64,000 nt of DNA. Origin: Bryobacterales bacterium. GTDB lineage: Bacteria; Acidobacteriota; Terriglobia; Bryobacterales; UBA6623. The stretch spans positions 4,774,723-4,838,722 of the forward strand of contig OZ250179.1 of NCBI GenBank assembly GCA_965238125.1. Reading direction: 5' to 3'. Below the pieces are notes generated by a model, which saw only the letters and a list, made by a program, of their open reading frames with translations, made no database searches and was not told the DNA's origin. Made by a program: the position numbers and the translations under genes. Positions 40,949 through 51,064 of this stretch are shown piece by piece; position 1 is the first letter of the stretch, and each line of letters begins with the position of its first letter.

Positions 40949-42097
40949 TCATATTGCGGGCAGCCCCTCGGCGCGTTTTTGGAGCGAGCGGGCGATGACC
41001 ACGCGTTGGATTTCGGTCGTGCCGTCCACAATCTTCATTGCCGGCGCGGTGCGATACAAACGCTCGATCGAGTAGGGCGCCAGCAGCCCGGACCCGCCCA
41101 GAATCTGCATGCATGTGGCGGTCGCTTTCACCGCCGCATCGGGGGCGAATCGTTTGGCATGGGCCGCCGCCACGCGACCCCCGGGCGTGCCCAGCTTGCT
41201 CGCGGCGTCTTTATACAGCAGACGGCTCGCTTCTAAATCGGTCGCCACGTCGGCCAGCATCCACTGGATGCCCTGAAAGTCCAATTCCGAGCGTCCGAAC
41301 ATCCGGCGATCCCGGGCATAGCTCAGCGCCGTATCGAGCGCCGCCGACATCAGCCCGCAGCATCCGGCCGCAATCGAAGTGCGCGCGAGATCGATGGCCG
41401 TCAGCGATCCACTCAGCCCTTTCCCCGGAGGCAGGATCACATGATCCGCCGGCACGGTGGCGTTTTCGAAGAACATGTCGGCGATGGGCAGAAACGGGGA
41501 GACCAGCTTGTTGTACGGCTCGCCGAAACTTACCCCGGGCGTATCCTTCGGCACGGCCGTCATGGCGATGTCTTTGTAGCCCGGTTCGTCACTGGTTTTG
41601 ACAACGACCAGATAGATGTCGGCCTCGTCGGCCAGCGAGACCCAAGCCTTGCGGCCGTTGATCGTGTAGGAGCCATCCGGGTTAATCTCGGCGCGAGTCC
41701 GCAGCCCGGCCGCGTCGGACCCCGATTGCGGCTCCGTGATGACAAAGCCCCCGAGAGAGGCGCCGGAAATCAAACGAGGCGCCCAGGCGTCACGGAATGC
41801 CGGCTGTCCCAAATTGCAAACGGCGAAGGCCACCGCATTCTGCATCGAGACTGCAAAACCGTAGAGCGCCGCTCCCTTGCCGAGTTCCTCGTAGACCGGA
41901 ATACCATCCGCGAAAGATAATCCCTGCCCGCCGTATTCCGCGGGGCAGTAGAGCCCGAGCAAGCCGGCTTCGGCCGCCGCGGCCGTCTTCTCTCTGGGAA
42001 ACTCGGTGGTTGATTCCCAGGCATCGATGTTGGGAAGAATGACTTCCTCGGCGTGCTTCGCGGCAGCCTGTCGGATGCTTTCTTGCGTGTGGCTCAT
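40949..42097 (-). CDS. Acyl-CoA dehydrogenase family protein
   Basis: ITEPQSGSDAA, INGRKAWVS, FQGIQWMLAD, QILGGSG, IVDGTTEIQR. Confidence 0.95.
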   Translation of the reverse strand: MSHTQESIRQAAAKHAEEVILPNIDAWESTTEFPREKTAAAAEAGLLGLYCPAEYGGQGLSFADGIPVYEELGKGAALYGFAVSMQNAVAFAVCNLGQPAFRDAWAPRLISGASLGGFVITEPQSGSDAAGLRTRAEINPDGSYTINGRKAWVSLADEADIYLVVVKTSDEPGYKDIAMTAVPKDTPGVSFGEPYNKLVSPFLPIADMFFENATVPADHVILPPGKGLSGSLTAIDLARTSIAAGCCGLMSAALDTALSYARDRRMFGRSELDFQGIQWMLADVATDLEASRLLYKDAASKLGTPGGRVAAAHAKRFAPDAAVKATATCMQILGGSGLLAPYSIERLYRTAPAMKIVDGTTEIQRVVIARSLQKRAEGLPAI

Positions 42098-42152
42098 GAG
42101 TTCCTTTCCGACGGCTCGTCGATGCCGAGAATACGTCTTAGGGCGCTCCTGC

Positions 42153-42219
42153 CGCCCTTTCAGGGCTCTTCCCTTGGTGAGAGAGCAACCCAGGGTTCCG
42201 CTTCGCTTCACCCTGGGCT
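42153..42219. repeat. REP-like palindromic element
   Basis: GCCCTTTCAGGGC and CCCAGGG-TTCCGCTTCGCTTCA-CCCTGGG hairpins; related GCCCTGAAGGGGC near 47848. Confidence 0.55.
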
Positions 42220-42306
42220 ATATTCCTAGCGCCGCTTTGCGGCTCAAGGCGTTCGCGATGTTTTCGGACGTAGGTAGTGCACAACGTGGTCGTAGCGGTG
42301 CCGGGG

Positions 42307-43272
42307 TTACGAACCGCCTTCGACGAGCGGTGCGATGGCGCTCTTCAAATCGGCGTAGCTCATCTCGCCGGGATGATACAGCCGCACGACGTTGTCGCGA
42401 TCCGCCAGCACCAGCGTCGGCGTCGAGGAAACACCGAAGGCGAGGAAGTTCTCCGTGCTGACAGGCGCGGCCATCCACTCGGGGATCGGGTAGCGAACGC
42501 GGTAGGCGTTTTCGAGATAGTCGAGTTCCTCGGTCGACGTGGCGTCACGACCGCCGGCGATGTAGCCGTAAAGCCGGGTGGGTCCGACGACGACCAAACC
42601 TCTTTCGGCGTATTCCCGGTGCAGGCGCTCCAGGATCGGCTCTTGCCGCTTACAGTCGCTACACCAATGGGCCCAAAAATAATAGAGGACGACCTTTCCC
42701 TGCAGTGAAGCGAGATCGAGTGCTCGCCCGGTCAGCGATTTCGCCGTACCCAATTTCGGGAAAGGCTTGCCCTCGAGACTCAGCAATAGATAGTTCTTCT
42801 GAATTCGCCCCTCGATGGACGTTCCCCCATAACGTTCCCTTTGTTGCCCGAGGAAAGAGATGGCGCGCGGACGATCCGTGCGCGCATAGGATTTGCCCAA
42901 GACTTCGATCGAGGCGCCGAGGGCGGTCGGCAGATAGGAATCTTCATCGAGGCCGCGGGCGCCGAGGAGGGCTTCGCTGCCCTCGAGAGCCTCTTGCGCA
43001 TATTTCTCGGCGAGGTCCCAGCGGCCGACGAAGCTTGCTCCGCGGGCCGCCCATGACACCGCCGCCAACCATTCGGCGGAGGCGTCGGGAAACCGTCCGC
43101 GGGCGGACTCGAGCACGTGGCGCGCTTCGTCGAAGCGATTCGTTCGCGCCAGCGCTTTGACGTGATCGACAAGCGGCTGGGCCGCAACCGCCGCCGCCCC
43201 CGCGATCAGCAACAAGGCAAGCGCCGCCGGACGAGCCGGCCTTCGACAGCGAATCATTCCAAAGTGTGTCAT
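42307..43272 (-). CDS. Exported TlpA-family thioredoxin-like protein
   Basis: Signal peptide; LQGKVVLYYFWAHWCSDC; GVSSTPTLVL. Confidence 0.9.
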   Translation of the reverse strand: MTHFGMIRCRRPARPAALALLLIAGAAAVAAQPLVDHVKALARTNRFDEARHVLESARGRFPDASAEWLAAVSWAARGASFVGRWDLAEKYAQEALEGSEALLGARGLDEDSYLPTALGASIEVLGKSYARTDRPRAISFLGQQRERYGGTSIEGRIQKNYLLLSLEGKPFPKLGTAKSLTGRALDLASLQGKVVLYYFWAHWCSDCKRQEPILERLHREYAERGLVVVGPTRLYGYIAGGRDATSTEELDYLENAYRVRYPIPEWMAAPVSTENFLAFGVSSTPTLVLADRDNVVRLYHPGEMSYADLKSAIAPLVEGGS

Positions 43273-43419
43273 TTTTCCTCAAAGGTCTTCCCCTGGAAGG
43301 CCTTCTTACCCTGTTCTACCATGTCGTGGTCGGTCGCGCCGGCGGATGTCCACGCGGACCATCCGGGCCGGCTCTTGGCTAAACGAACGACCTCGGGGCC
43401 GGCACCCTAAACGCCGTGG

Positions 43420-43986
43420 TTACCGCTTGGGCGGGTTGATCATGATGTGCGCGCCGGCGGTTCCCGGGTACATCAACCACGGACCTGGGCCGGGTGTCTC
43501 CGGCACTCCCGTGGACTCGGGCGTGGCGTAGGGCGTGTAGACGACCCAACGCAGGTAAGGTTCAGTCACCTCGCCCTTGGCCGAGTCATACCCCTTGCCG
43601 CTCAGCACGTAGAGAATGCGCGGTTGGCGCGGCATCATGACGCGGCCCTCGTCCACGTCTTTCCAGCGAATCTGATGGCGCTCCTTGCCCTTGTGTCCTT
43701 GGGCGGAGAGCTCACGGCCGCGCGCCATGAAGGGTTCCAGGTCCTTGTGGTAACAGGCAACGGAAAAATTCTCGTCGCCCGGCGCATCGTAAAGGCAAAT
43801 CATGTTATTGGCGCCTTCGCGCAAAGTGACGACTTTGCCGTCGGAGTCGTAGCCCAACACGGCGGCCGCGGCTCGGCGTTCTTCCGGGGCGGCGAGTAAG
43901 GAGGCCGCGATTTGTTCAGCCGCCGGGGGCGCCTCGGCAAGGAGCGCTGATGCGCTGACCAGCAAACAGCAAAAGGCGATTCTCAT
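43420..43986 (-). CDS. Exported hypothetical protein
   Basis: Signal peptide; C-terminal PWLMYPGTAGAHIMI. Confidence 0.75.
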   Translation of the reverse strand: MRIAFCCLLVSASALLAEAPPAAEQIAASLLAAPEERRAAAAVLGYDSDGKVVTLREGANNMICLYDAPGDENFSVACYHKDLEPFMARGRELSAQGHKGKERHQIRWKDVDEGRVMMPRQPRILYVLSGKGYDSAKGEVTEPYLRWVVYTPYATPESTGVPETPGPGPWLMYPGTAGAHIMINPPKR

Positions 43987-44283
43987 GACTCGATCCTCCG
44001 GAGTTCCAATAGTCCACGAAGTATTGTCGATCGTGCGCGGATTCCCCCATCTTAGCGCCGGCGCGCCGTTTTCACCACCTGGCGGGCGAGGGTCGGGAGA
44101 GAACCGGCTCCGCCGAGCAACCGGCCCGAAGCACCCGCGCCGCGACGGGTCCGCCGGTCACGGCCCTGGGGTACAATAGAAAAATAGGCAGCGCGGTGCG
44201 CTGCTTTTTCAACCTCACGGGTGCCGAGTTTGGAGCAAGGGTTTCAAGTAATACCGCTTCCGGGCGCGCCCAATACAGCCAGT

Positions 44284-44370
44284 GCGGAGGTGGCGGAACT
44301 GGCAGACGCGCTAGCTTGAGGTGCTAGTGGGAGCAATCCCATGGGGGTTCGAGTCCCCCTCTCCGCACCA
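44284..44370 (+). tRNA. tRNA-Leu (GAG), long variable arm, encoded CCA
   Basis: Acceptor GCGGAGG / (T)CTCCGC; anticodon arm CTAGC-TTGAGGT-GCTAG; GGTTCGAGTCC T-arm. Confidence 0.97.
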
Positions 44371-44440
44371 TTGATATAAAAGGGTTTACCGTCAGTTAGA
44401 CACACAGCTAGTTGACCCTCCCGCGCGGCTTTGACTGCGT

Positions 44441-45010
44441 TTGCGCCTGATCAAGAGACGCATGAAGCGGGCGCGACGGCGTTTCGCCAAGACGGGCGAG
44501 GCGGCGCGAGTGTTCGGAGACTTCTCCTACCGCACGCAATCGAGTTGGTCGAGGCGGCGCAGGGTGATCGCCAAGGCGGAGTATCTGGCGAAGGGAGAAA
44601 ACCCGCGTTTCGTGGTGACGTCGTTGACGGCGAAACAAGCGGCGGCGCGGGAGGTTTACGAGACGATCTACTGCGCCCGCGGGGAGATGGAGAACCGCAT
44701 CAAGGAACAGCAGTTGGGGTTGTTCGCCGACCGCACCTCGACAGCTCTTTTTCGATCGAATCAGATCCGACTATATTTTTCGTCGATCGCGTACTGTGTG
44801 ATGGAAGCGCTGCGGCGGCTGGGGTTGGCGGGGACCAAGATGGCGCGGGCGCAATGCACGACGATCCGTTTGCGGTTGTTGAAGATCGGGGCGCGGATTC
44901 GGATCACGGCGCGTCGGGTGTGGATATCGTTGGCGACGGGGCATGCGTGGGCCGGAGTGTTCGAGCAAGTCTACGCCAATCTCCAACGCCGCGAGCCGCT
45001 GCGCTGCTGA
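44441..45010 (+). pseudogene. IS1380-family transposase, 3' fragment of a different subgroup
   Basis: RVIAKAE, NPRFVVTSL, YCARGEMENRIKE, TIRLRLLKIGARI. Confidence 0.85.
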
Positions 45011-45142
45011 AAACGGCGCGGCGACTTCAAGTAATACTGGAAGCACACAGGCCTCGACAGGGGCGGCCATCGAGGTTTGGGCCGAATCGGACCTAAAACG
45101 TCTCGGCAGGGGCCGCTGACGCCATGCCGGGCGGTTTCCGCC

Positions 45143-45906
45143 TCACGGCGACGCCGCCGGCAACAATAGCTCATCCCAGTCCTCGGCGCTGTGCACGTTG
45201 CCGGGACGCAGCTTGGCAGCGAGGCAATCACCATGACCGTTGAACAAAAGCAACGGGTGGTAGCAGACCGACTCGAAGTGTCCGTTGTAGGCACTGCCTT
45301 CCTGTTGGCCATGGACCGGACTCTCGGTGGAGTCCATGTCCAGAACGACCCGCTCGGAGTCGTCGAACGCCTCCGCTTGCCCGACCAGCTCTCGGTTCAG
45401 CGCCATCAGCCCCAGCAGGTTCTCTTCGCTCGCCAGCATCTCCGTCTCGAAGCCATGCAGCGTCGAGGTCAAGGCCGCTCGGCGATCCCAGTTCCTCTGC
45501 GAGCCGATCAAGCGAAACGTCGGGTCAGCCGACACTCGGACGGCGTCGTTGACGTCCTCGTAGCCTGCCAAGCGGCTGTAGATCGACTGGCGCAGCAGAT
45601 CGGCCAGCGGGAACTTCTTGTTCAAGCCTTGTCGCGAGTCGCTGAGATACTCATCGATCAGCTTCCCGAGACCGAGCCGCTCGTCCAGTTCGCGAACCAA
45701 AATCAGGCCACCGTCGGAAGTGACATGCGATCCCTGGAAATCGACTTTCAACAAGCCGTTGAAACTTAGCTGGAATGGCTTGGTTTGTTTTTCACCCATT
45801 GGGTGTTGGCCTCCATGGCGTCCTCATCGGGCTCTAGCCCCTATGAATAAAGACGCTCAAGGCCGTTGGAAGGTCGGGATGTCAAACATCAAATTGAAAA
45901 TGCGGG
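45143..45906 (-). mobile_element. 5' remnant of an IS1380 element related to 27496-29161
   Basis: Left end CCCGCATTTTCAATTT at 45906; ORF 45143-45799 MGEKQTKPFQLSFNG..., cut after DELLLP. Confidence 0.85.
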
Positions 45907-46093
45907 TCTACCACTTTTTGGCAGGCGTCTGTTTGAGCATCCGCGTTTGACAACATCCTGGTATCCCCACTACGATGTCTCGGCCGACGGCCGGCGGTTT
46001 GTCATAGCCGACCCGGTCGGGGGCATTCCCGAGCTGTCGATCCGCGTTATGCAAAACTGGTTCGCCGAGTTCCGCGACCGCGAGCGAGAGTGA
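45907..46093 (+). pseudogene. C-terminal remnant of a kinase-PD40 family gene
   Basis: YDVSADGRRFVI...IRVMQNWFAEFRDRE matches the C-terminus of 16676-19429. Confidence 0.75.
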
Positions 46094-46094
46094 C

Positions 46095-46232
46095 ATGACC
46101 GGCCGAACCTTATCGCATTACCGCATCACCGAAAAGCTCGGTGAGGGCGGCATGGGTGTGGTTTATGCGGCCCCGAGCACAGGTTCGGGACCTATGGCTG
46201 GAGGTTCTACATTTTTCATCCATTGGCGGTAG
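46095..46232 (+). pseudogene. N-terminal remnant of a Ser/Thr kinase
   Basis: MTGRTLSHYRITEKLGEGGMGVVYAA, then unrelated sequence. Confidence 0.8.
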
Positions 46233-46659
46233 CATGCAGTGGGGCAGGTCTCCAGGCCTGCCCATTCCTCGATCCGCCCATAAGCCGGCGGGCAGCGATC
46301 AACCCGGCTCCCGCCGCGGGGTCGACTTAATACCGGCCCTGGGCGCAAGCCCGGGGATGGAATATCCCTACCCCCACCGCCTCCGGCCCTGGGCGAACGC
46401 CCGGCAACGCCGGGCGTTCGGGGGCTTGGGGCGGGGCCAAAGACCGGCCGCCAAGCGGCCGGTCCCCGTAGCGACCCGGCCCACGGCTCACGGTTCACGG
46501 CTCACGTACCCCGGCGACACGTACCCCGGCGACACGGAATGCGACACGGAATCCCATCACGCGAGTAAAGAAAATATTTCCCCTTTATTTCCAATCACTC
46601 AGTAAATTCAACCCCCCGCTACCCTTCCCCCCCTGCCTTATCCTGGTAACGAGGTAACC

Positions 46660-47463
46660 ATGGCCACCAACAAACAAACCCGCGCCAACCGCGCAAACGC
46701 CAAAAAATCCACCGGACCACGCACCACCGCCGGCAAAACCCGCTCTTCCAAAAACGCTCTCAAGCACGGCCTGCTCTCCCAAGACTCCGTCCTTCCCGGC
46801 GAAGCCCCCGAAGAATTCGACCGTCAACTCACCGCCATCGAGGACTGGGTCCTCCCCCGCAACCCGCTGGAGCGCGAAATCTGTCGCCAAATCGCCGACG
46901 CCGCCTGGCACATGCAGCGCCTCTCGCGCATCGAGACGGCCATGATGACCGCCAAGATGAACCACGTCCGCGCCTACGTCGAACACATCAAGTCCGACGT
47001 CGATCTCGACCGCGAAGACCAAACCAGGCTTCTCGGCAAAGCCATGCTCGGCGGCACCCAATCGGTCGTCCAACTCTCGCGCTACGACGGACATCTCACT
47101 CGCCGCTTCTACCGCGCCGTCGAACTGCTCACCGAGATCCGCCAAGGCGAGCGAAAATCCCGCGAGGCCCGCAACAAAGGCGATCACGGCTTCGACGTTT
47201 ACAGCCCCACCGATCCGCCCGAGTTTCAGCATCAATACATCCCCGCCAAACCCGACATAATCAACCGCGCCGCCCCCAACCGAGCCGTCCCCAACCGAGC
47301 CGCGCACGTAAGTGAGCGGTATCAGACGAACCCCCAAGACCATAAGGAAGGCGGCGGACCCGAAGCATCCCACGACCGCGTCCCCACCACCGACCCCGTC
47401 AACCCACCCACCGCCGAAACCCGCCCCACCACGCCCGTGAAAGCCCCGCCACTCCTACGCTAG
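46660..47463 (+). CDS. Hypothetical protein with MATNKQ..ANRANAKKSTGPRT..GK..SSKNALKHGL start and Pro-rich tail
   Basis: GAGG RBS; N-terminal motif recalled from a widespread hypothetical family. Confidence 0.75.
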   Translation: MATNKQTRANRANAKKSTGPRTTAGKTRSSKNALKHGLLSQDSVLPGEAPEEFDRQLTAIEDWVLPRNPLEREICRQIADAAWHMQRLSRIETAMMTAKMNHVRAYVEHIKSDVDLDREDQTRLLGKAMLGGTQSVVQLSRYDGHLTRRFYRAVELLTEIRQGERKSREARNKGDHGFDVYSPTDPPEFQHQYIPAKPDIINRAAPNRAVPNRAAHVSERYQTNPQDHKEGGGPEASHDRVPTTDPVNPPTAETRPTTPVKAPPLLR

Positions 47464-47880
47464 CCGTACGCTAGCCGATGTTTGGCGCCAAACGCGGCCC
47501 GAAACAACCGAACCCACCCACCCAACGCCACACCTCCATCCAAAATCTCCAAAAACACCCCAAAAACCCACTTCCAATCAATCCACCACCCCAAGACCCT
47601 CTCCAACCCCCCTCCCGAGCCCAAGCCCGGCCCTGGCCCAAGCCCCCGCCTGCAATCCGCCCTCGTGATGGTCGCACCCAGGCCGGCCACGAGCATCCAA
47701 ACCGTCGCGCCCGTAGCCAAAGAATCAATATAAATCCCGTAATATCAATAACATCGCAACAACCCTCCAACCCCTCACAAAATCGACCATACGAACCCAA
47801 TTGCCCCACAGCCGTCCTTACGGCCCCGCATCCCCCCACCCGGGCGAGCCCTGAAGGGGCGACAGGAAGGCCCCCGACAC
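47464..47880. repeat. C/A-rich, strongly strand-skewed low-complexity tract
   Basis: e.g. CCCAACGCCACACCTCCATCCAAAATCTCCAAAAACACCCCAAAAACCCAC; very few G on the + strand. Confidence 0.7.
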
Positions 47881-47945
47881 CCATTTTCATGGCGGTATTA
47901 TGAGTGCCGCGCGGTCATGGAACGGAGCCGTCCCCTTCTTTCAAG

Positions 47946-48608
47946 TCAATGGCAGCCCATACAGGCGAAATTCGTTCCGTGGCAGGGCAGGCAGGTCGCC
48001 TTGTCGAGGTTGACCTTGCCGGTCGAATGCAGATCGATGAACTCGCGAGTGTGGCCGGCCGGCTTGAGGTTGATGCCGGACAGGTGGCACTCTTCGCAAC
48101 TAAAGGGATTGTCGATCTCGGTATGGCAGACCAGGCAGTCGGACATCACCGGCAGATTCGCCTGGGACGCGAGGTCGGTTTCTTCCAGTCCGCGATGGCA
48201 GCTTTGGCAGGAGTTGTCGCTGTTCAGCAGGCGGCCCATGTGGTCGGCTTTCCCCAGGTAGCTCCCAGAGTCAAGCGCGGCCCGTATGATCGCGGCGACG
48301 TTGCCGAGCTTCAAGTGAAATTCGTGATTGAAGCGGAATGTTCGCTCTTTCAACTCACGCTCGGCGAGCCAAGCGGTATCCACCGACGGGGTGGTTTCGC
48401 CGTTATGGCACGCCAGGCAGGTTTCTGCGGTGGGTAGGTTGCGGTCGGCGGCCTGCTTGCTCGCGGACGCCGCGCTGTGACAAATGGTGCAGGTCGCACC
48501 GACCTTGTTGAGATGGAGTTGGTGCGAAAACTTGGTCTCGGCGGCCAAGGCCTGAGTGGCGACCAACAGGCACAAAAGCGGAATCCACACTCGTCGCAAC
48601 AACGCCAT
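47946..48608 (-). CDS. Exported multihaem cytochrome c (7 CxxCH)
   Basis: CTICH, CLACH, CQSCH, CLVCH, CEECH, CLPCH, CMGCH; FSHQLH and FNHEFH motifs of c3/c7 type. Confidence 0.9.
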   Translation of the reverse strand: MALLRRVWIPLLCLLVATQALAAETKFSHQLHLNKVGATCTICHSAASASKQAADRNLPTAETCLACHNGETTPSVDTAWLAERELKERTFRFNHEFHLKLGNVAAIIRAALDSGSYLGKADHMGRLLNSDNSCQSCHRGLEETDLASQANLPVMSDCLVCHTEIDNPFSCEECHLSGINLKPAGHTREFIDLHSTGKVNLDKATCLPCHGTNFACMGCH

Positions 48609-48724
48609 ACATCGAATCGGCGGAATCGAGGACTCGGAAAACCGCGGCGCGGCGGAAGGCTGCGCGAGCGGCAAGCACAATAAGAGGCCGGGACGCCGCC
48701 TGCGCGCGGGTTGCCTAATGCAGC

Positions 48725-49933
48725 TTAGCCCTTATAGGAAATGCGCCACAGCTTGCGGCCGCCGTCGTCGGAGACCAGCATGGAACCGTCGGGCATTTGC
48801 AGCAAGCCGACCGGACGTCCCCAAACCTCGCGCTGGTCTTCGCCGAGCATCCAGCCTTTCAAGAAATCCCGCGGCCCCGAAGTCGGCATCCCGTCCTTGA
48901 ACGGAATGAAGGTCACGCTGTAGCCGATGCGCTTCGCGCGGTTCCAAGAGCCGTGAAAAGCCAGGAACAGCCCGCTTCGATACTTCTCGGGGAACTGCTC
49001 GCCGGTGTAGAAGAGAATGTCGAGCACGGCGACGTGAGCGCCCAAAAGGACGTCGGGGTAGAGCGTGCTCTTGACCTTGTCGGGGGCGACGTCTTTGTGA
49101 CGCGGCTCCTCGTGCGGGCCGTTATAGGCAACGGGCCAGCCGTAGAAGGCGCCCTCCTCGATGTTGACCAGGAAATCGTTGGCAATGTCGTCACCCAACC
49201 CGTCGCGCTCTTGCACCGCGCCCCACAGCGAATCGCTGCCCGGATGCCACCGCAGCCCGATCGTATTGCGCAATCCCGTCGCGAGGATCTCGACATCGCT
49301 GCCGTCCGGGTTCGAACGCAACACGGTCGCTCGCTTGGGGTCTTCCCCGAGATCGATATTCGAGCCCGAGCCGACGGTCGTGTAGAGTTTCTTGTGGTCG
49401 CGGTCAAAAAGCAGAGTGCGGGTCCAGTGCCCGGTACCCATCCCTTCGAGCGAAATGATCTCTTCGCCCTCGCCGCTCACGTCCATGGCTTCGGCGTCGT
49501 ATTTGTAGCGTTTGATCGAGGTCGGCTCGGCGACGTAGAGCCAGTCCTCGTGTATCGCCAGGCCGAAAGGACGATCCAGCCCCTCGATGATCTTTTTGGC
49601 TTTCTTCTCCTGAATGACGTAGACCAAGCCGTTCGGCTCGCGGCGTCCACCGCTGTCGGTAAGCAGAATCTCTTGGTTCGGCCCGAGCATCATGAACCGC
49701 GGCCGGGCCTCGAATCCCGACATATACTCTTCAACGTGAAACCCTGGGGGCAACGAAAGCCCCGCCCCGTCGGGTTTATCGACCACCTTCGGTCGGTTGC
49801 TGGCCGATGGTGTATGGAAGGGATCGGGAAGCCCTTCCCAGTTCACCGGAAGCTTGGGCGATTGGGAAACCGCGGCCCCGGCAACAAGGAGCAGCGTCGC
49901 GACGGCGAGGTAGAAACCTTGATGCTTTCTCAT
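48725..49933 (-). CDS. PQQ-dependent sugar/L-sorbosone dehydrogenase-like protein
   Basis: Signal peptide; GHWTRTL, GLRNTIG, ERDGLGD, AFHGSWNR, GRPVGL. Confidence 0.9.
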   Translation of the reverse strand: MRKHQGFYLAVATLLLVAGAAVSQSPKLPVNWEGLPDPFHTPSASNRPKVVDKPDGAGLSLPPGFHVEEYMSGFEARPRFMMLGPNQEILLTDSGGRREPNGLVYVIQEKKAKKIIEGLDRPFGLAIHEDWLYVAEPTSIKRYKYDAEAMDVSGEGEEIISLEGMGTGHWTRTLLFDRDHKKLYTTVGSGSNIDLGEDPKRATVLRSNPDGSDVEILATGLRNTIGLRWHPGSDSLWGAVQERDGLGDDIANDFLVNIEEGAFYGWPVAYNGPHEEPRHKDVAPDKVKSTLYPDVLLGAHVAVLDILFYTGEQFPEKYRSGLFLAFHGSWNRAKRIGYSVTFIPFKDGMPTSGPRDFLKGWMLGEDQREVWGRPVGLLQMPDGSMLVSDDGGRKLWRISYKG

Positions 49934-50032
49934 AAGCAGCAGTATCGTATATTCGGCGGCTCGGTGGGAATAGAGCTTGTGATTTCGAGTGAGGCTCGAT
50001 CCGCGATTGATGGTTCCGAGAACACCCGCTAG

Positions 50033-50091
50033 GACCGGCTGAGAGCCGCTCTGTACTGCTGACAGGGACCGGCACGAGTGTCGGTCGCTAT
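50033..50091. repeat. Two-hairpin REP/BIME-like module, copy 3 (diverged)
   Basis: GACCGGCTGAGAGCCGCTC plus GACCGGCACGAGTGTCGGTCGCTA. Confidence 0.6.
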
Positions 50092-50102
50092 TGGGGGCCG
50101 GT

Positions 50103-50801
50103 TTAGATTCCGAAGAGTTGGATCGCTAGGCCGGAACCGGCGATCGCGAGACCGGCGAGGGTATTGGCGTGAGCTTCGAGCCTACGAAGCGGGGCGAGCT
50201 GCAACCCGTAGAAGCCGATCGTCACGACCAGCAGCATCGTGAGGATCGTGGTCGACCCGAAGGCGACCGTGACTGGAACGACGACCCAGGTGCCGAGCCC
50301 GATGGCCGGGGCCATCAGCAGCGGGATCAGCGGTTCGCACGGACCGAGTACGAAAATGATGAACAGACTCCAGGCCGTGACGGTAGCCGGCGAAGTCGCG
50401 CCGTGGTCATGCGCCTGCCCGCCGTGGTCGTGCGTGTGCACCGAGCCTTCACCGTGCGAGTGAATGTGGCGCTGCTTGCGTCGCCGCCGGGCGAACGACC
50501 AAGCGGCATAGGTCAACCCAAAAAAGATCAGCAACCAAGCCGCCACTTCACCTCGGGCGCCCTCGATCCACTCCAGCCGCGCCACGGCAACGCCCAACCC
50601 CAGACCCAGCCCGCCCAGCACAACCGACGACAAAACGTGGCCCACGCCGCAGAGGCATGTGATACCCCAAACTTTACGCAAAGACCAGCCGCGGGCCTTG
50701 CCGAGTACGACAAAAGGCAGGGAATGGTCGATGCCGATCAACGTGTGAATGAAGCCGACGCTGACGGCCGAGACCAGCAGAATGTTTAAGGACGTTTCCA
50801 T
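50103..50801 (-). CDS. NicO/RcnA/UreH-like Ni/Co transporter-type membrane protein
   Basis: GFIHTLIGIDH, GVGHVLSS, His-rich loop HIHSHG..HTHDHGGQAHDH, GPCEPLIP. Confidence 0.8.
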   Translation of the reverse strand: METSLNILLVSAVSVGFIHTLIGIDHSLPFVVLGKARGWSLRKVWGITCLCGVGHVLSSVVLGGLGLGLGVAVARLEWIEGARGEVAAWLLIFFGLTYAAWSFARRRRKQRHIHSHGEGSVHTHDHGGQAHDHGATSPATVTAWSLFIIFVLGPCEPLIPLLMAPAIGLGTWVVVPVTVAFGSTTILTMLLVVTIGFYGLQLAPLRRLEAHANTLAGLAIAGSGLAIQLFGI

Positions 50802-51064
50802 CGCAAAGTAACGCCGAGCACGCCCAAGCGCCGCCCAAGCGCCGCTCAAATAAGTTCTATTGAATCAGTACACCGGTTCGGCGCGAAGTGGACTGTCCCC
50901 GATTCTTTCACAGTTCCTGGGGGCTCGAACCGTCCCATCAAGGTAGCACGAAACGAATGTGGGAACCAGCGACAATTGTCGAGAGGCCCCGGCCTTGACT
51001 CCTGTATAATTTCAGCGAGTCGGCCGGATGGGCCGTGGGATCAAACGAAGATCACGGAGGCGCT

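Noticed and set aside
46480-46560. CRISPR array
   Set aside because: Repeats are 6-15 nt, tandem and without unique spacers; no cas genes anywhere in the window.
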